Position numbers and translations under genes: made by a program. Positions 43,622-53,103 of a DNA stretch of 64,000 bases are shown piece after piece. Source of the DNA: Treponemataceae bacterium (GTDB lineage: Bacteria; Spirochaetota; Spirochaetia; Treponematales; Rectinemataceae); NCBI GenBank assembly GCA_963678065.2, contig CAXXVZ010000005.1, positions 288,001 through 352,000 on the forward strand, written 5' to 3'. Below the pieces are notes generated by a model. That model searched no databases, was not told the origin of the DNA, and saw nothing but the letters and a program-made list of their open reading frames with translations. Positions within the stretch are counted from its first letter, which is position 1. Every line of letters begins with the position of its first letter.

Positions 43622-44446
43622 ATGGCAAAAGGCTCCCCGCTCTCCGGCCGGGACGAGAGGCGCTCCGGCCAGACGACGATCAACGTCACCGACGGCACCC
43701 TCATCCCCTTAAGGGGCGAGGGTGGCCTCATCTCTTCCTGGAACATAGCCTTCTTCGGGGCCGTCGGACTTCTCGTCGCCCTGCCGCTATTCAGCCCCGA
43801 TCCCTACCTCCGCATACTCTCCTTCGTGCCTGACGGACTCGCGGCGACCTTCGGCGTCACGCTCAGCTCGATACTCTTCGCCCTCATCATAGGGCTCTTC
43901 GCGGGACTCGGGCGCATCTCGCACAACAAGACCGTCAACATGATAGCGACGGTCTACGTCGAGGTGATCCGCGGCATACCCCTCCTCGTGCAGCTCTTCT
44001 ACATCTACTACGCCCTGGGCCCCCTCCTCCGGATGCAGGGACCGCCGGCCGCTGTGCTCGCCATGTCGATCTGCTACGGTGCCTACATGGCCGAGATTTT
44101 CCGCGCCGGCATCCAGGCCATCCCCAAGGGACAGATGGAGGCCGCCCTCGCCCTCGGCCTGAGCCGGACACAGGCCATGCGCAGGATCATCATCCCGCAG
44201 ACCATCAAGATCATCCTGCCTCCCATCGGAAACGAGTTCATCGCCCTCCTTAAAGACTCCTCCCTCGTATCCATACTCGCCGTTTCGGACCTTCTGCGCC
44301 GCGGACGCGAATACGCCTCGACCTCTTTCCGCTACTTCGAGAGCTACACAGTCATCGCGCTGATCTACCTCGTCATGACGCTCTTTTTCTCGCGACTCGT
44401 CGCGCTCATGGAAGAAAGGATGGGGCACCGTGGAAAAGTTCGTTGA
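43622..44446 (+). CDS. Polar amino-acid ABC permease
   Basis: [36 protein letters not shown]. Confidence 0.95.
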   Translation: MAKGSPLSGRDERRSGQTTINVTDGTLIPLRGEGGLISSWNIAFFGAVGLLVALPLFSPDPYLRILSFVPDGLAATFGVTLSSILFALIIGLFAGLGRISHNKTVNMIATVYVEVIRGIPLLVQLFYIYYALGPLLRMQGPPAAVLAMSICYGAYMAEIFRAGIQAIPKGQMEAALALGLSRTQAMRRIIIPQTIKIILPPIGNEFIALLKDSSLVSILAVSDLLRRGREYASTSFRYFESYTVIALIYLVMTLFFSRLVALMEERMGHRGKVR

Positions 44447-45161
44447 AATAAAAGGCGCCATAAAAACCTTCGGGACCGTGCAGGCGCTCTGCGGCGTCGA
44501 TCTGTGCGTAAAAAAGGGCGAAGTCGTCCTCATCATCGGCCCCTCGGGCTCGGGCAAGAGCACACTCCTCAGGAGTGTGAACCGCCTCGAGCGCCTCGAC
44601 TCGGGCTCGATCGCGATCGAAGGCGAGAGCGTGACCGACGAAAAGGCCGACATCCGCCACATCCGCGAGGAAGTGGGCATGGTCTTCCAGAGCTTCAACC
44701 TCTTTCCCCACCTCTCGGTCCTGGACAACATCGCCCTCGCGCCCATCGTCGTTCTGAAAAAGTCCCGGGAAGAGGCGACGACGACGGCCCGCAGACTCCT
44801 CGCCAAGGTCGGCCTCTCCGAAAAGGAAAAGGCCTGGCCCGAGCAGCTCTCGGGCGGGCAGCAGCAGCGCGTCGCCATCGCGCGCGCCCTCGCGATGAGC
44901 CCCAAGGTCATGCTCTTCGACGAACCCACGAGCGCCCTCGACCCCGAGATGATCAAGGAAGTCCTCGACGTCATGACGGACCTCGCCCGCGAGGGCATGA
45001 CCATGCTCGTCGTCTCCCACGAGATGGGCTTCGCCCGCGCCGCCGCGAACCGCATCATCTTCATGGACGCGGGCCAGATCGTCGAGGAAGCCCCGCCGGA
45101 GACATTCTTCACTTCCCCGCGCGAGGAGCGGACGCGCAGGTTCCTGGAACACATACTGTAA
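44430..45161 (+). CDS. Polar amino-acid ABC ATP-binding protein (GlnQ-like)
   Basis: [28 protein letters not shown]. Confidence 0.95.
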   Translation: MEKFVEIKGAIKTFGTVQALCGVDLCVKKGEVVLIIGPSGSGKSTLLRSVNRLERLDSGSIAIEGESVTDEKADIRHIREEVGMVFQSFNLFPHLSVLDNIALAPIVVLKKSREEATTTARRLLAKVGLSEKEKAWPEQLSGGQQQRVAIARALAMSPKVMLFDEPTSALDPEMIKEVLDVMTDLAREGMTMLVVSHEMGFARAAANRIIFMDAGQIVEEAPPETFFTSPREERTRRFLEHIL

Positions 45162-45181
45162 GATCCGATGCGCCAGGAATG

Positions 45182-45214
45182 AAAACCCGTGGATAGAGAA
45201 ATCCACGGGTTTTT
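45182..45214 (+). terminator. Rho-independent terminator (potentially bidirectional)
   Basis: AAAACCCGTGGAT/ATCCACGGGTTTT 13-bp inverted repeat just after the ABC operon. Confidence 0.8.
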
Positions 45215-45456
45215 AGTCACCACCGCGTCGTATGTTACGGCGCCTGTTTCCCCGGTTTCGCCGCAAAGCCGCGTCAACAGAAGGACCGGCACGCGGGAGG
45301 AATTTGTCATCCTGACTAACCGAATCGCCTCTTTTGCGGTAGATTGTACTGACGAGACCTCCTTTGGGGGCCACATAGACGATCCGCCGGATCGCCCGGG
45401 CTGCCGATTCGCGTTCGACGCTGCAGCCGGATACAGAACACGGACAGGAGAACTGA

Positions 45457-48400
45457 ATGTCCTTCACCCTCATCCAGGAAAAACACATAGCCGAAATCGA
45501 TTCCCTCGCCCGACTCTACCGCCACGACGGGACTGGCGCCCGCGTCCTCTCGCTCACCAACTCGGACGAAAACAAGGTCTTCGGCATCAGCTTCCGCACG
45601 CCGAGCGCCGACTCCACTGGCGTCGCCCACATCATGGAGCACTCGGTACTCTGCGGCTCGCGCAAGTACCCGGTCAAAGAGCCTTTCGTCGAGCTGATAA
45701 AGGGCTCGCTCAATACCTTCCTCAACGCCATGACCTACCCGGACAAGACCTGCTATCCGGTGGCGAGCACGAACCTCGCCGATTTCTACAACCTCGTCGA
45801 CGTCTACCTCGACGCGGTCTTCTACCCCGCCATCACGGAGGAGACACTCGCTCAGGAGGGCTGGCACTACGAGCTCGACTCGCCCGACTCGCCCCTGACC
45901 TACAAGGGTGTCGTCTTCAACGAGATGAAGGGCGCCTACTCCGACCCGGAGGGCAGGCTGGGCGACGTCGTGCAACAGTCGCTCTACCCCGATACAGCCT
46001 ACGCACTCGATTCGGGCGGCGACCCGGCCGTTATCCCCGAGCTCAGCTATGAGCGTTTCAAAGCCTTCCACGATTCCTACTACCATCCGGCCAACTCCTA
46101 CATCTTCTTCTACGGCGACGACGATCCAGCCGGGCGCCTTCTCATCCTCGAGTCCTGGCTTTCTGATTTCGGCGAGCGGAAGGTCGAGTCTCTGCCAGGA
46201 CTCCAGCCACGACTCTCTGCGCCGCGGAGCGTCAGGGCGCCTTACGACTCGGGCGATTCGCCGGACGCGAAGTCCTACGTGACCGTGAATTGGTTATTGC
46301 CCGAGCGCGTGCCGGCTCGTGTGTCCGAAGCGATGCCCGCGGCCGGGGCCACTGCCGCAAGCCCGGAGAGCGCGCCTGCAGCCGAAGTCGAAGCTGCGAC
46401 AAAATCGCCCGGCGGCAGCGGCGACTCCGAGACGGCGCTCGGCCTCACCATCCTCTCGCACATCCTGACCGCCACCTCGGCATCGCCGCTGCGCAGGGTC
46501 CTCATCGAGTCGGGCCTCGGCGAGGATCTCGCGGGGGCCGGTCTCACGGACGAGCTCAGGCAGATGAACTACTCCGTCGGGCTGAAGGGCGTGGAGGCGG
46601 ACAAGACTGAGGCCGTGGAGAGCCTCATACTCTCGACCCTGCGCGATCTCGCGGATAAGGGCATCGACCCCGCGACGGTGAAGGCTTCCATGAATACCCT
46701 CGAGTTCGCCATGCGCGAAAAGAACACCGGCCGCCTGCCGCGCGGCATCGCGATCATGCTCGGGGCCCTCGGTGCGTGGATCTACGACGGAGACCCCGTC
46801 GCCGCCCTATCCTTCGAAGAGGATTTCGCGCGTATCAAGGCCGGCGTGCAGGCGGGCGGCTACTTCGAGAGTCTCATCGCACAGCACTTCCTCGATAACC
46901 CGCACAGGACGACCGTCGTCCTCGAGCCGGACCCAGAAGAAGGGGCGAGGAGAGAAGCGGCCGAAGCGGAGAAGCTCAGCCGGATCAAGGCCTCGATGTC
47001 GCCGGCAGAAATCGAAGCCGTCATGGAAGCCGCCCGCGCCCTGAAAGAAAAGCAACAGAGGCCTGACAGCCCCGAGGCCCTCGCGACCATCCCGGCGCTG
47101 AAACTCTCCGACATCGATCCGAAGGTCAAGATAATCCCGATCGAGGTCAGCGCCGTGGAGGAGGCGAAGCTCCTTTGCCACGACCTGCCCACGAACTCCA
47201 TCCTCTACTTCGACATCGGATTCGACCTCCATACCCTTCCCGAAAGACTCATCCCCTACGTCGGGATCCTCGGCCGCCTCCTTCTCGAGACAGGCACGGC
47301 CAGAGAGGACTTCATCTCCCTGAGCCAGAGAATCGGACGATCGACAGGCGGCATACAGGGAGGCACGGTGATTTCCTCGGCGCGGAACTCGCCGGTCTCA
47401 CAGGCCTGGTTCATGCTGCGGTCAAAAGTCCTGGCTGGCATGGAGGACGAACTCTTCGACATACTCGAGGATGTCCTCGGCACGGCGAGGCTCGACGACA
47501 GGGAACGATTCCTTCAGATCGTCCTCGAGGAGAAGGCGGGGAGCGAATCCGCCCTCCTGCCCTCGGGACACCGAGTCGTCAACTCGCGCCTCAGGTCGCG
47601 TTTCACCGAAGCCGACCGCATCGGCGAGAAGACCGAAGGGCTCGAATCTCTCTTCTTCCTCCGCAGCCTCGCAGAGCGGGCCGAGAAAGACTGGCCGGGC
47701 ATCCTCGCGGAGCTACAGGAGCTGAGGGCCGCCCTCGTCAACAGAAACGCCGCCCTCGTCAACGTCACGGCGGATGGCCCTCTCCTGGCCGCGGTGGAGC
47801 CGAAAATCGGAAAATTCCTGCGAGCTCTGCCCGGGGAACCCCTGATCGCGCATGACTGGAGCCGCGTCGAAGACGCCGGGGCCGCGCTGAAGACAGGCGC
47901 GAATGGCCCGGCGCGGAAAGCTCCGGCCGCTTCGGGCGGCGTCGGGACCGGAGCGGGACCACTCGGCGCTGCGGAGGCCCTCACCCTGCCTTCGCAGGTC
48001 AACTACGTCGGCAAGGCCGCGAATCTCTACAGCCTGGGCTACGCCCCGGACGGCTCGATCCACGTCATCAACAAGTACCTCCAGACGACCTGGCTCTGGG
48101 AGAAGATCCGCGTCCAGGGCGGCGCATATGGCGGCTTCAGCATCTTCGACAGGAACTCGGGCGTCTTCAGCTTCCTCTCCTACCGCGATCCGGGCATCGC
48201 CCCGAGTCTGCGGAATTACGACGGGACGGCCGGCTTCCTCAAAGCCCTCGATATCTCGGCCCCGGAACTCGAAAAGTCGATCATAGGGACCATAGGCGAC
48301 GTCGACGCCTACATGCTGCCCGACGCGAAGGGCTACACCTCGATGCTGCAGTATCTGACCGGCAACACGCCACAGGAGAGGCAGAAGACGCGGGACCAGA

Positions 48401-48555
48401 TCCTCGGCGCGAAAGCACGGGATTTCGTGGCCTTCGCGGAAATCCTGGAAAAGGCCGCGACCTCGGGCGAGGTTGTCGTCATGGGTTCGCCCGAAGCGAT
48501 CGAGAAGGCCGTGGCCGAAGGTATCGATTTCGGCACAGTTACGAAGGTCCTCTGA
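45457..48555 (+). CDS. Insulinase-family M16C metallopeptidase (presequence protease-like)
   Basis: Inverted zinc motif HIMEH, LNAMTYPDKT, GVVFNEMKG, IRVQGGAYGG, SYRDP. Confidence 0.93.
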   Translation: MSFTLIQEKHIAEIDSLARLYRHDGTGARVLSLTNSDENKVFGISFRTPSADSTGVAHIMEHSVLCGSRKYPVKEPFVELIKGSLNTFLNAMTYPDKTCYPVASTNLADFYNLVDVYLDAVFYPAITEETLAQEGWHYELDSPDSPLTYKGVVFNEMKGAYSDPEGRLGDVVQQSLYPDTAYALDSGGDPAVIPELSYERFKAFHDSYYHPANSYIFFYGDDDPAGRLLILESWLSDFGERKVESLPGLQPRLSAPRSVRAPYDSGDSPDAKSYVTVNWLLPERVPARVSEAMPAAGATAASPESAPAAEVEAATKSPGGSGDSETALGLTILSHILTATSASPLRRVLIESGLGEDLAGAGLTDELRQMNYSVGLKGVEADKTEAVESLILSTLRDLADKGIDPATVKASMNTLEFAMREKNTGRLPRGIAIMLGALGAWIYDGDPVAALSFEEDFARIKAGVQAGGYFESLIAQHFLDNPHRTTVVLEPDPEEGARREAAEAEKLSRIKASMSPAEIEAVMEAARALKEKQQRPDSPEALATIPALKLSDIDPKVKIIPIEVSAVEEAKLLCHDLPTNSILYFDIGFDLHTLPERLIPYVGILGRLLLETGTAREDFISLSQRIGRSTGGIQGGTVISSARNSPVSQAWFMLRSKVLAGMEDELFDILEDVLGTARLDDRERFLQIVLEEKAGSESALLPSGHRVVNSRLRSRFTEADRIGEKTEGLESLFFLRSLAERAEKDWPGILAELQELRAALVNRNAALVNVTADGPLLAAVEPKIGKFLRALPGEPLIAHDWSRVEDAGAALKTGANGPARKAPAASGGVGTGAGPLGAAEALTLPSQVNYVGKAANLYSLGYAPDGSIHVINKYLQTTWLWEKIRVQGGAYGGFSIFDRNSGVFSFLSYRDPGIAPSLRNYDGTAGFLKALDISAPELEKSIIGTIGDVDAYMLPDAKGYTSMLQYLTGNTPQERQKTRDQILGAKARDFVAFAEILEKAATSGEVVVMGSPEAIEKAVAEGIDFGTVTKVL

Positions 48556-48637
48556 GGCCTTTCGGAATGTACATGAACCGGCGGAAGTCGACGCTGGCAC
48601 GGACGGGGATCGCCCCCGCGCCGTGTGGGGGCGCGGC

Positions 48638-49366
48638 GTGATCGTTCTCGACGCGATCAGGGCCGAGCTGGGCGGCAACCCCGTCCTGAAGGGCATCTCC
48701 GTCGCGCTTGCGCCGGGAAAGGCAGTCGCTCTTCTCGGAGCGAACGGCGCGGGCAAGACGACACTTTTGCGCGCGCTCGCGGGACTCGTACCCACGACAG
48801 GAGGTAGTCTGTCGCGGAACGGACAGAGCTTTTGCAACACCGATCCGGGCTGGATATCCCTTGTCTCCTACGTCGCGGACAAAAACATGCTTTTCCCCGA
48901 GCTCTCGGCGCTCGAGCACTTCGAGGTCGCGAGGCGGCTCTGGGATATCGGCGCCGCCGAGACGCGGCGCCGGGAGGCCCTGCTCCTCGGGCTTCTTCGC
49001 ATCCAGGGAGAGGAAGCGGCGGCTCCCGTCCGGGAGCTCTCTTTCGGCTATCAGAAGCGTGTGGCACTCGCCCTCTCCCTCTTCGTGCCCGCGGAACTCT
49101 ACCTCTTCGACGAGCCCTCCACAGGACTCGACCTCGATTCCATCGGGATTTTCGAGTACATCGTCGATTTTCTCAGGCGGGCGGGCAAATACATCATCAT
49201 CTCGACACACAATGCGGACTGGATAAGCTCTCTGACGGACGCGCGGCTCGTGATCGCGGCCGGATATCTTGCCGGAACGGGCGGACCGGAGGGCGTCGGA
49301 CAGCAGGACAGAGATGTGGCAGCGGGCGGACTGCAGGCAGCGGAATGGCTTCGATCCGGAACCTGA
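48638..49366 (+). CDS. ABC transporter ATP-binding protein (exporter type)
   Basis: GANGAGKTT, divergent signature LSFGYQ, LFDEPSTGLD, STH; GTG start inferred. Confidence 0.85.
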   Translation: MIVLDAIRAELGGNPVLKGISVALAPGKAVALLGANGAGKTTLLRALAGLVPTTGGSLSRNGQSFCNTDPGWISLVSYVADKNMLFPELSALEHFEVARRLWDIGAAETRRREALLLGLLRIQGEEAAAPVRELSFGYQKRVALALSLFVPAELYLFDEPSTGLDLDSIGIFEYIVDFLRRAGKYIIISTHNADWISSLTDARLVIAAGYLAGTGGPEGVGQQDRDVAAGGLQAAEWLRSGT

Positions 49367-50421
49367 CGGGCGTTTTCGCCCTCATGAACCGGAAAATGGT
49401 GCACAGGGCCAGTTTCCGCTTCGGAATCTTCATCGGCTACGGATTCGGCGTGATGATCCTCCGGCTCCTCGCCAACGCCTGGACCGTGCTCACCGTATTC
49501 CGCCACCATCCCGACTACGACTACTCCGGCTTCTTCACCGCCTCTCTCGCTCTGGTCGCCTTCTACGGGATCTGCGTCATCCCACTCATCGGGGCGCGGT
49601 CGGCGAATGGGATACTGGGGCATCCGAGACTCTCGCATGTCTCAACCTGGAGGCTCGCGGTCGCGCACACGCTGTTCACGGTGTCGCGGCTCCCGTTCCT
49701 GATTCTCGCGGCCGCTCTTGCCCTGTACTCGGCGGGCTTCTCCGCGACCGCGGGTGTGGGCGCGGGAAGGATCGCGGAGGGCGCCGCGCTCTTCACGTTC
49801 TCCCTGGTCTGCTTCGCGATCGCGAACATAGCCTTCCACAGGATCTTCCACCGACTCTCGATCCGCCTGCCGGAGGCCGAGACGGTTTTGCTGGCCCTGG
49901 TGGTCCTCGCGGTTTTCCTGAATCCGCAGCCGGTATTCCGGGACGGAACCGTGACGCTCTCGGTGGCCGAAACGCTGCGGGGCGCAGGATACCCCGACTC
50001 CGGCGCGGCGACAGTCTTTCTCATTCAGCCAGTCCTCGTCCTCATCGACGCCATCGCCCTGTCGGCCCTGCATCTTCTCGGCAGGCTGGAAACCTTCGCC
50101 CGGAGGAAGGTTCTGAGGCAGGCATTCGCGAGGCTGGTCTTCGGCCGGCTGCCCCTGTCTCTGCTCGCGGGAACCGCCTTCGCCGAATGGTACATCTTCG
50201 CCTGGCCGGCCGAGACTTGGATAAAGGTACTTCTGGCCGGCGGGATAGCGCTCTACACGCTCGTGCGGGCCGCCGATGCCTTCGTCGGGGCGACTGGCGA
50301 CATCTTCGAGCTGTTTCGCCGCCGGGCCGACGCCCGCCTCTTCCTTCCGCCTGCCTTCACCTGCGCAGCCTTCCTCGTCGCTCCCATCCTCCTCCACCTC
50401 GTCTTCGCCAGCTTTGGCTGA
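49345..50421 (+). CDS. Hypothetical multi-pass membrane protein, probable permease partner of the upstream ATPase
   Basis: Many hydrophobic segments; overlaps the ATPase 3' end. Confidence 0.6.
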   Translation: MASIRNLTGVFALMNRKMVHRASFRFGIFIGYGFGVMILRLLANAWTVLTVFRHHPDYDYSGFFTASLALVAFYGICVIPLIGARSANGILGHPRLSHVSTWRLAVAHTLFTVSRLPFLILAAALALYSAGFSATAGVGAGRIAEGAALFTFSLVCFAIANIAFHRIFHRLSIRLPEAETVLLALVVLAVFLNPQPVFRDGTVTLSVAETLRGAGYPDSGAATVFLIQPVLVLIDAIALSALHLLGRLETFARRKVLRQAFARLVFGRLPLSLLAGTAFAEWYIFAWPAETWIKVLLAGGIALYTLVRAADAFVGATGDIFELFRRRADARLFLPPAFTCAAFLVAPILLHLVFASFG

Positions 50422-50425
50422 GGCG

Positions 50426-50649
50426 TCAGCATCGCCTGGATCGCGGAGAAAGCGAGGGCGATCCGGGCCAGGGCCGTATGATCCGGCCTGACTCCCCCGA
50501 TGCCCTCGAGAGTGCTCGTCTTGCCGGCGCTATCCGGTCTGAGGAGGGCGAGGATCTCGCCCCCGCCTGAGCTCGAAACCGATATCTTTCACCGCCGCAG
50601 GACTTCGGTAGGATTTGCGGAAACCGCTGACGTTTACGACCTTGTTCAT
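50426..50649 (-). pseudogene. Remnant of an ABC ATP-binding protein gene
   Basis: MNKVVNVSGFRKSY..AVKDIGFELRRG, frameshift in a G run, then EILALLRPDSAGKTSTLE (decayed Walker A); truncated. Confidence 0.7.
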
Positions 50650-50869
50650 TGTGTGTTGTTCCCCTCCGCGTGCAGGCAGTAGAAGGCTGAGCCCGAAATG
50701 CTCGCAAGAACGAAACAGGCGGGCTTCCTCACGCGCAAAGGCGACATAGCCGACAGCGCGACAGCGAGGTCGAGCGTCGGATTGTCCGTCCACGGCTTTT
50801 TCTGCGAAGCCTCGAGCATGCGCACAGCCTTCTCCTGTGCGAGGCAAGCCTCGAAGGAGGGTTCTTGCA

Positions 50870-51225
50870 CTTCGCCTCGCGGTAGGAACCGATGATGATG
50901 GAGACAGGTTCGAGGGCGGGAACATTCTCACAGATGATCTTGAGGATGACGGTCATGGGAACGGCGAATGCGAGCCCCGCAAAGCCCCAGAGAATGGGGA
51001 AACCTGGATCACGACATCGCGCGCCACTTTCCTGATTCCGGACGATATCCTGTTCTCGAATGCGATCCCGATTTTTTCGAAAAAAGGGATGTTCTCGAGG
51101 AGGAGAAAGACGGTGAAGAGGATGACCATGACGGCGTTCTGCACGAAGGCGAGAATACGCGGGATCCTGAGCTTTTCCAGGGCGACGACAACAGGCTCCA
51201 TGACGAAGGACAGGAGTGCCTCGAT
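50870..51225 (-). pseudogene. Internally deleted, frameshifted AI-2E-family transporter remnant
   Basis: LLSFVMEPVVVALEKLRIPRILA (N-terminal-like), VILFTVFLLLE (central-like), LWGFAGLAFAVP / MTVILKIICENVP (C-terminal-like) packed into about 350 bp. Confidence 0.6.
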
Positions 51226-51265
51226 GGCCGGTCCGGCGGCCCCTCCGCCCGCCTACCCCGTCGGA

Positions 51266-53071
51266 TCAACTCCCGGTCCGCGGGGGTCGACTGTCCGCGA
51301 GCTCCGCATACCGGTCCCTCACGCAAAAGAAGGCCTTTTTCCGGACGTCCTTGGTCCTGTCGACGAGACCTTTCAGATTGTACATTTTCTGCCGCGGATT
51401 GAGCCTGCGGGGTGTCTTGAAATCGTAGAGGAGCCACGGCGCGAGGCCCACTACCTTTGCGCTCCCGAGAATGACGTCGAATTGGTTGCGGTAGACTTCC
51501 TCCTGGTATTCCTCGGTCCACTGTTCGTCCGCGGCTCCGTGAAGTCCCGCGACTGCTTCCGCGCCGAATTCGCTCACGACCACGGGTTTGCCGTAATCCC
51601 GGGCAAGAAGGCCTGCGAGCCTGTCGTAGCCGTAGTAGTACCAGCCGAAATACTCATTGATTCCGAGTATGTCCACTTCCCTCGCGAGCCGGTCCGACAC
51701 AGTGAACTTCTCAAGGTCGACGAGGCAGGCGGCCGCGACCAGACGCGTGGGGTCGCGTCTGCGGGCCGTGTCGATCAGCGTGTTCATGAAGTGAAAGCGC
51801 TCGTCCGTGTCGGGATTCTCGTTGCCCACGGCCCAGACGATGACGCTCGCGCGGTTTCCGTCGCGCTTCATGAGTTCGACGAGCTGGTTCGCCGCGTTGT
51901 CCAGGGTCGCGGGGTTGTCGAATTCGAGCGACCAGTAGACCGGTATTTCCTCCCAGAGCATGATGCCGAGCCTGTCGGCAAGCCGGGAAACTTCCCCGGA
52001 GTGCGGATAGTGGGCGAGGCGCATGAAGTTGCAATTCATCTCCTTCGCGAGCGCGAGTGTGGAAAGCATCTCCGCTTCCGTGAGGGCGCGGCCGTTCTCC
52101 AGGCTCTCCTCGTGGGCCGTGACACCGCGCAGGAAGACGGGCTCTCCGTTGAGGAGCACTTTTCCGCCATCAACCTCCACGCGTCTGAATCCGACCCCGT
52201 CGCGGACGAGGTCTTCTTCCGCGCGGATCTCCACCTGATAGAGGCGGGGGTTGTCCGGAGACCACAGCTCAGGGCTGGCCGGTATAATCGCATCGAGGCG
52301 GCCGTCCGCGGTGGTCACAAACTCCGCGTCGACGAGGCCGGCGATTCCGAGCCGCACCGGACGCTCGCCGCGCGCGTTCAGCGCGAGCCTGAGCCTGACC
52401 GAATCGTCGCCGAAGGGACCGAGCGAGAGAGACCAGTCGTCGATGCGGATCGGCGGGACGAGGTAGAGCCCGACGGAGCGGTAGATGCCGCCGTAGTTGA
52501 ACCAGTCCGTGAAATCCGCGGGCACGGCGTCGCGGCGCCGCGCGTTGCTGACCCAGACGAGGAGGCGGTTGCCGCCATCACTTTCCGGGATGGAGGGTTT
52601 CAAGGCTGCCGTGATGTCGGCGCAGAAGGGTGTGAAGCCTCCCTCGTGACTCGCGACATGGATACCGTTCACGAAGACCATCGCGGCGTAATTGGCCGCT
52701 CCGACGCGCAGGATGACACGCTCGCCTTCCTTCCGCGGGACATCGCCGAAGGTCCTGAAAAACCAGAAGCTGCCCTCGTACAGGGAATACTTCTCTTCGC
52801 GGCAGTTCCAGCACGCAGGCAAGGCCATAGTGTCCCAGGCCTCGAACTCGTAGTCCTTCGGCGCGTTCCGGTCGAACTCGCCGCCGGCCTCGCGGTACCA
52901 GTGCGCCCTGACGCCGTTGTCGTAGATGTCGGGACTCGCGTGCCACTCCCCGTCGAGCTTCAGCGCGGGAAGTCTTCCCGGACAGAGCAAAGAGTCGGCG
53001 AGCGCGACATGGCTCTTCATGAGATCGTCTATCGGATTCGAATGCAGCTGCGAGTATCCGGGATTTTCCAT
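51266..53071 (-). CDS. Glycoside hydrolase family 2, beta-glucuronidase/galacturonidase-like
   Basis: HEGGFTPF, DWFNYGGIYR, RLAHYP, WAVGNE (acid/base), SEFG (nucleophile), NLKG. Confidence 0.9.
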   Translation of the reverse strand: MENPGYSQLHSNPIDDLMKSHVALADSLLCPGRLPALKLDGEWHASPDIYDNGVRAHWYREAGGEFDRNAPKDYEFEAWDTMALPACWNCREEKYSLYEGSFWFFRTFGDVPRKEGERVILRVGAANYAAMVFVNGIHVASHEGGFTPFCADITAALKPSIPESDGGNRLLVWVSNARRRDAVPADFTDWFNYGGIYRSVGLYLVPPIRIDDWSLSLGPFGDDSVRLRLALNARGERPVRLGIAGLVDAEFVTTADGRLDAIIPASPELWSPDNPRLYQVEIRAEEDLVRDGVGFRRVEVDGGKVLLNGEPVFLRGVTAHEESLENGRALTEAEMLSTLALAKEMNCNFMRLAHYPHSGEVSRLADRLGIMLWEEIPVYWSLEFDNPATLDNAANQLVELMKRDGNRASVIVWAVGNENPDTDERFHFMNTLIDTARRRDPTRLVAAACLVDLEKFTVSDRLAREVDILGINEYFGWYYYGYDRLAGLLARDYGKPVVVSEFGAEAVAGLHGAADEQWTEEYQEEVYRNQFDVILGSAKVVGLAPWLLYDFKTPRRLNPRQKMYNLKGLVDRTKDVRKKAFFCVRDRYAELADSRPPRTGS

Positions 53072-53103
53072 GCTGTCTCAGGCCTTCGTTGTGATGTTGT
53101 TCT

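Noticed and set aside
45215..45456. Possible riboswitch or ncRNA in the long intergenic region before the peptidase
   Set aside because: No conserved motif I can recognise; an Rfam/Infernal search would be needed.
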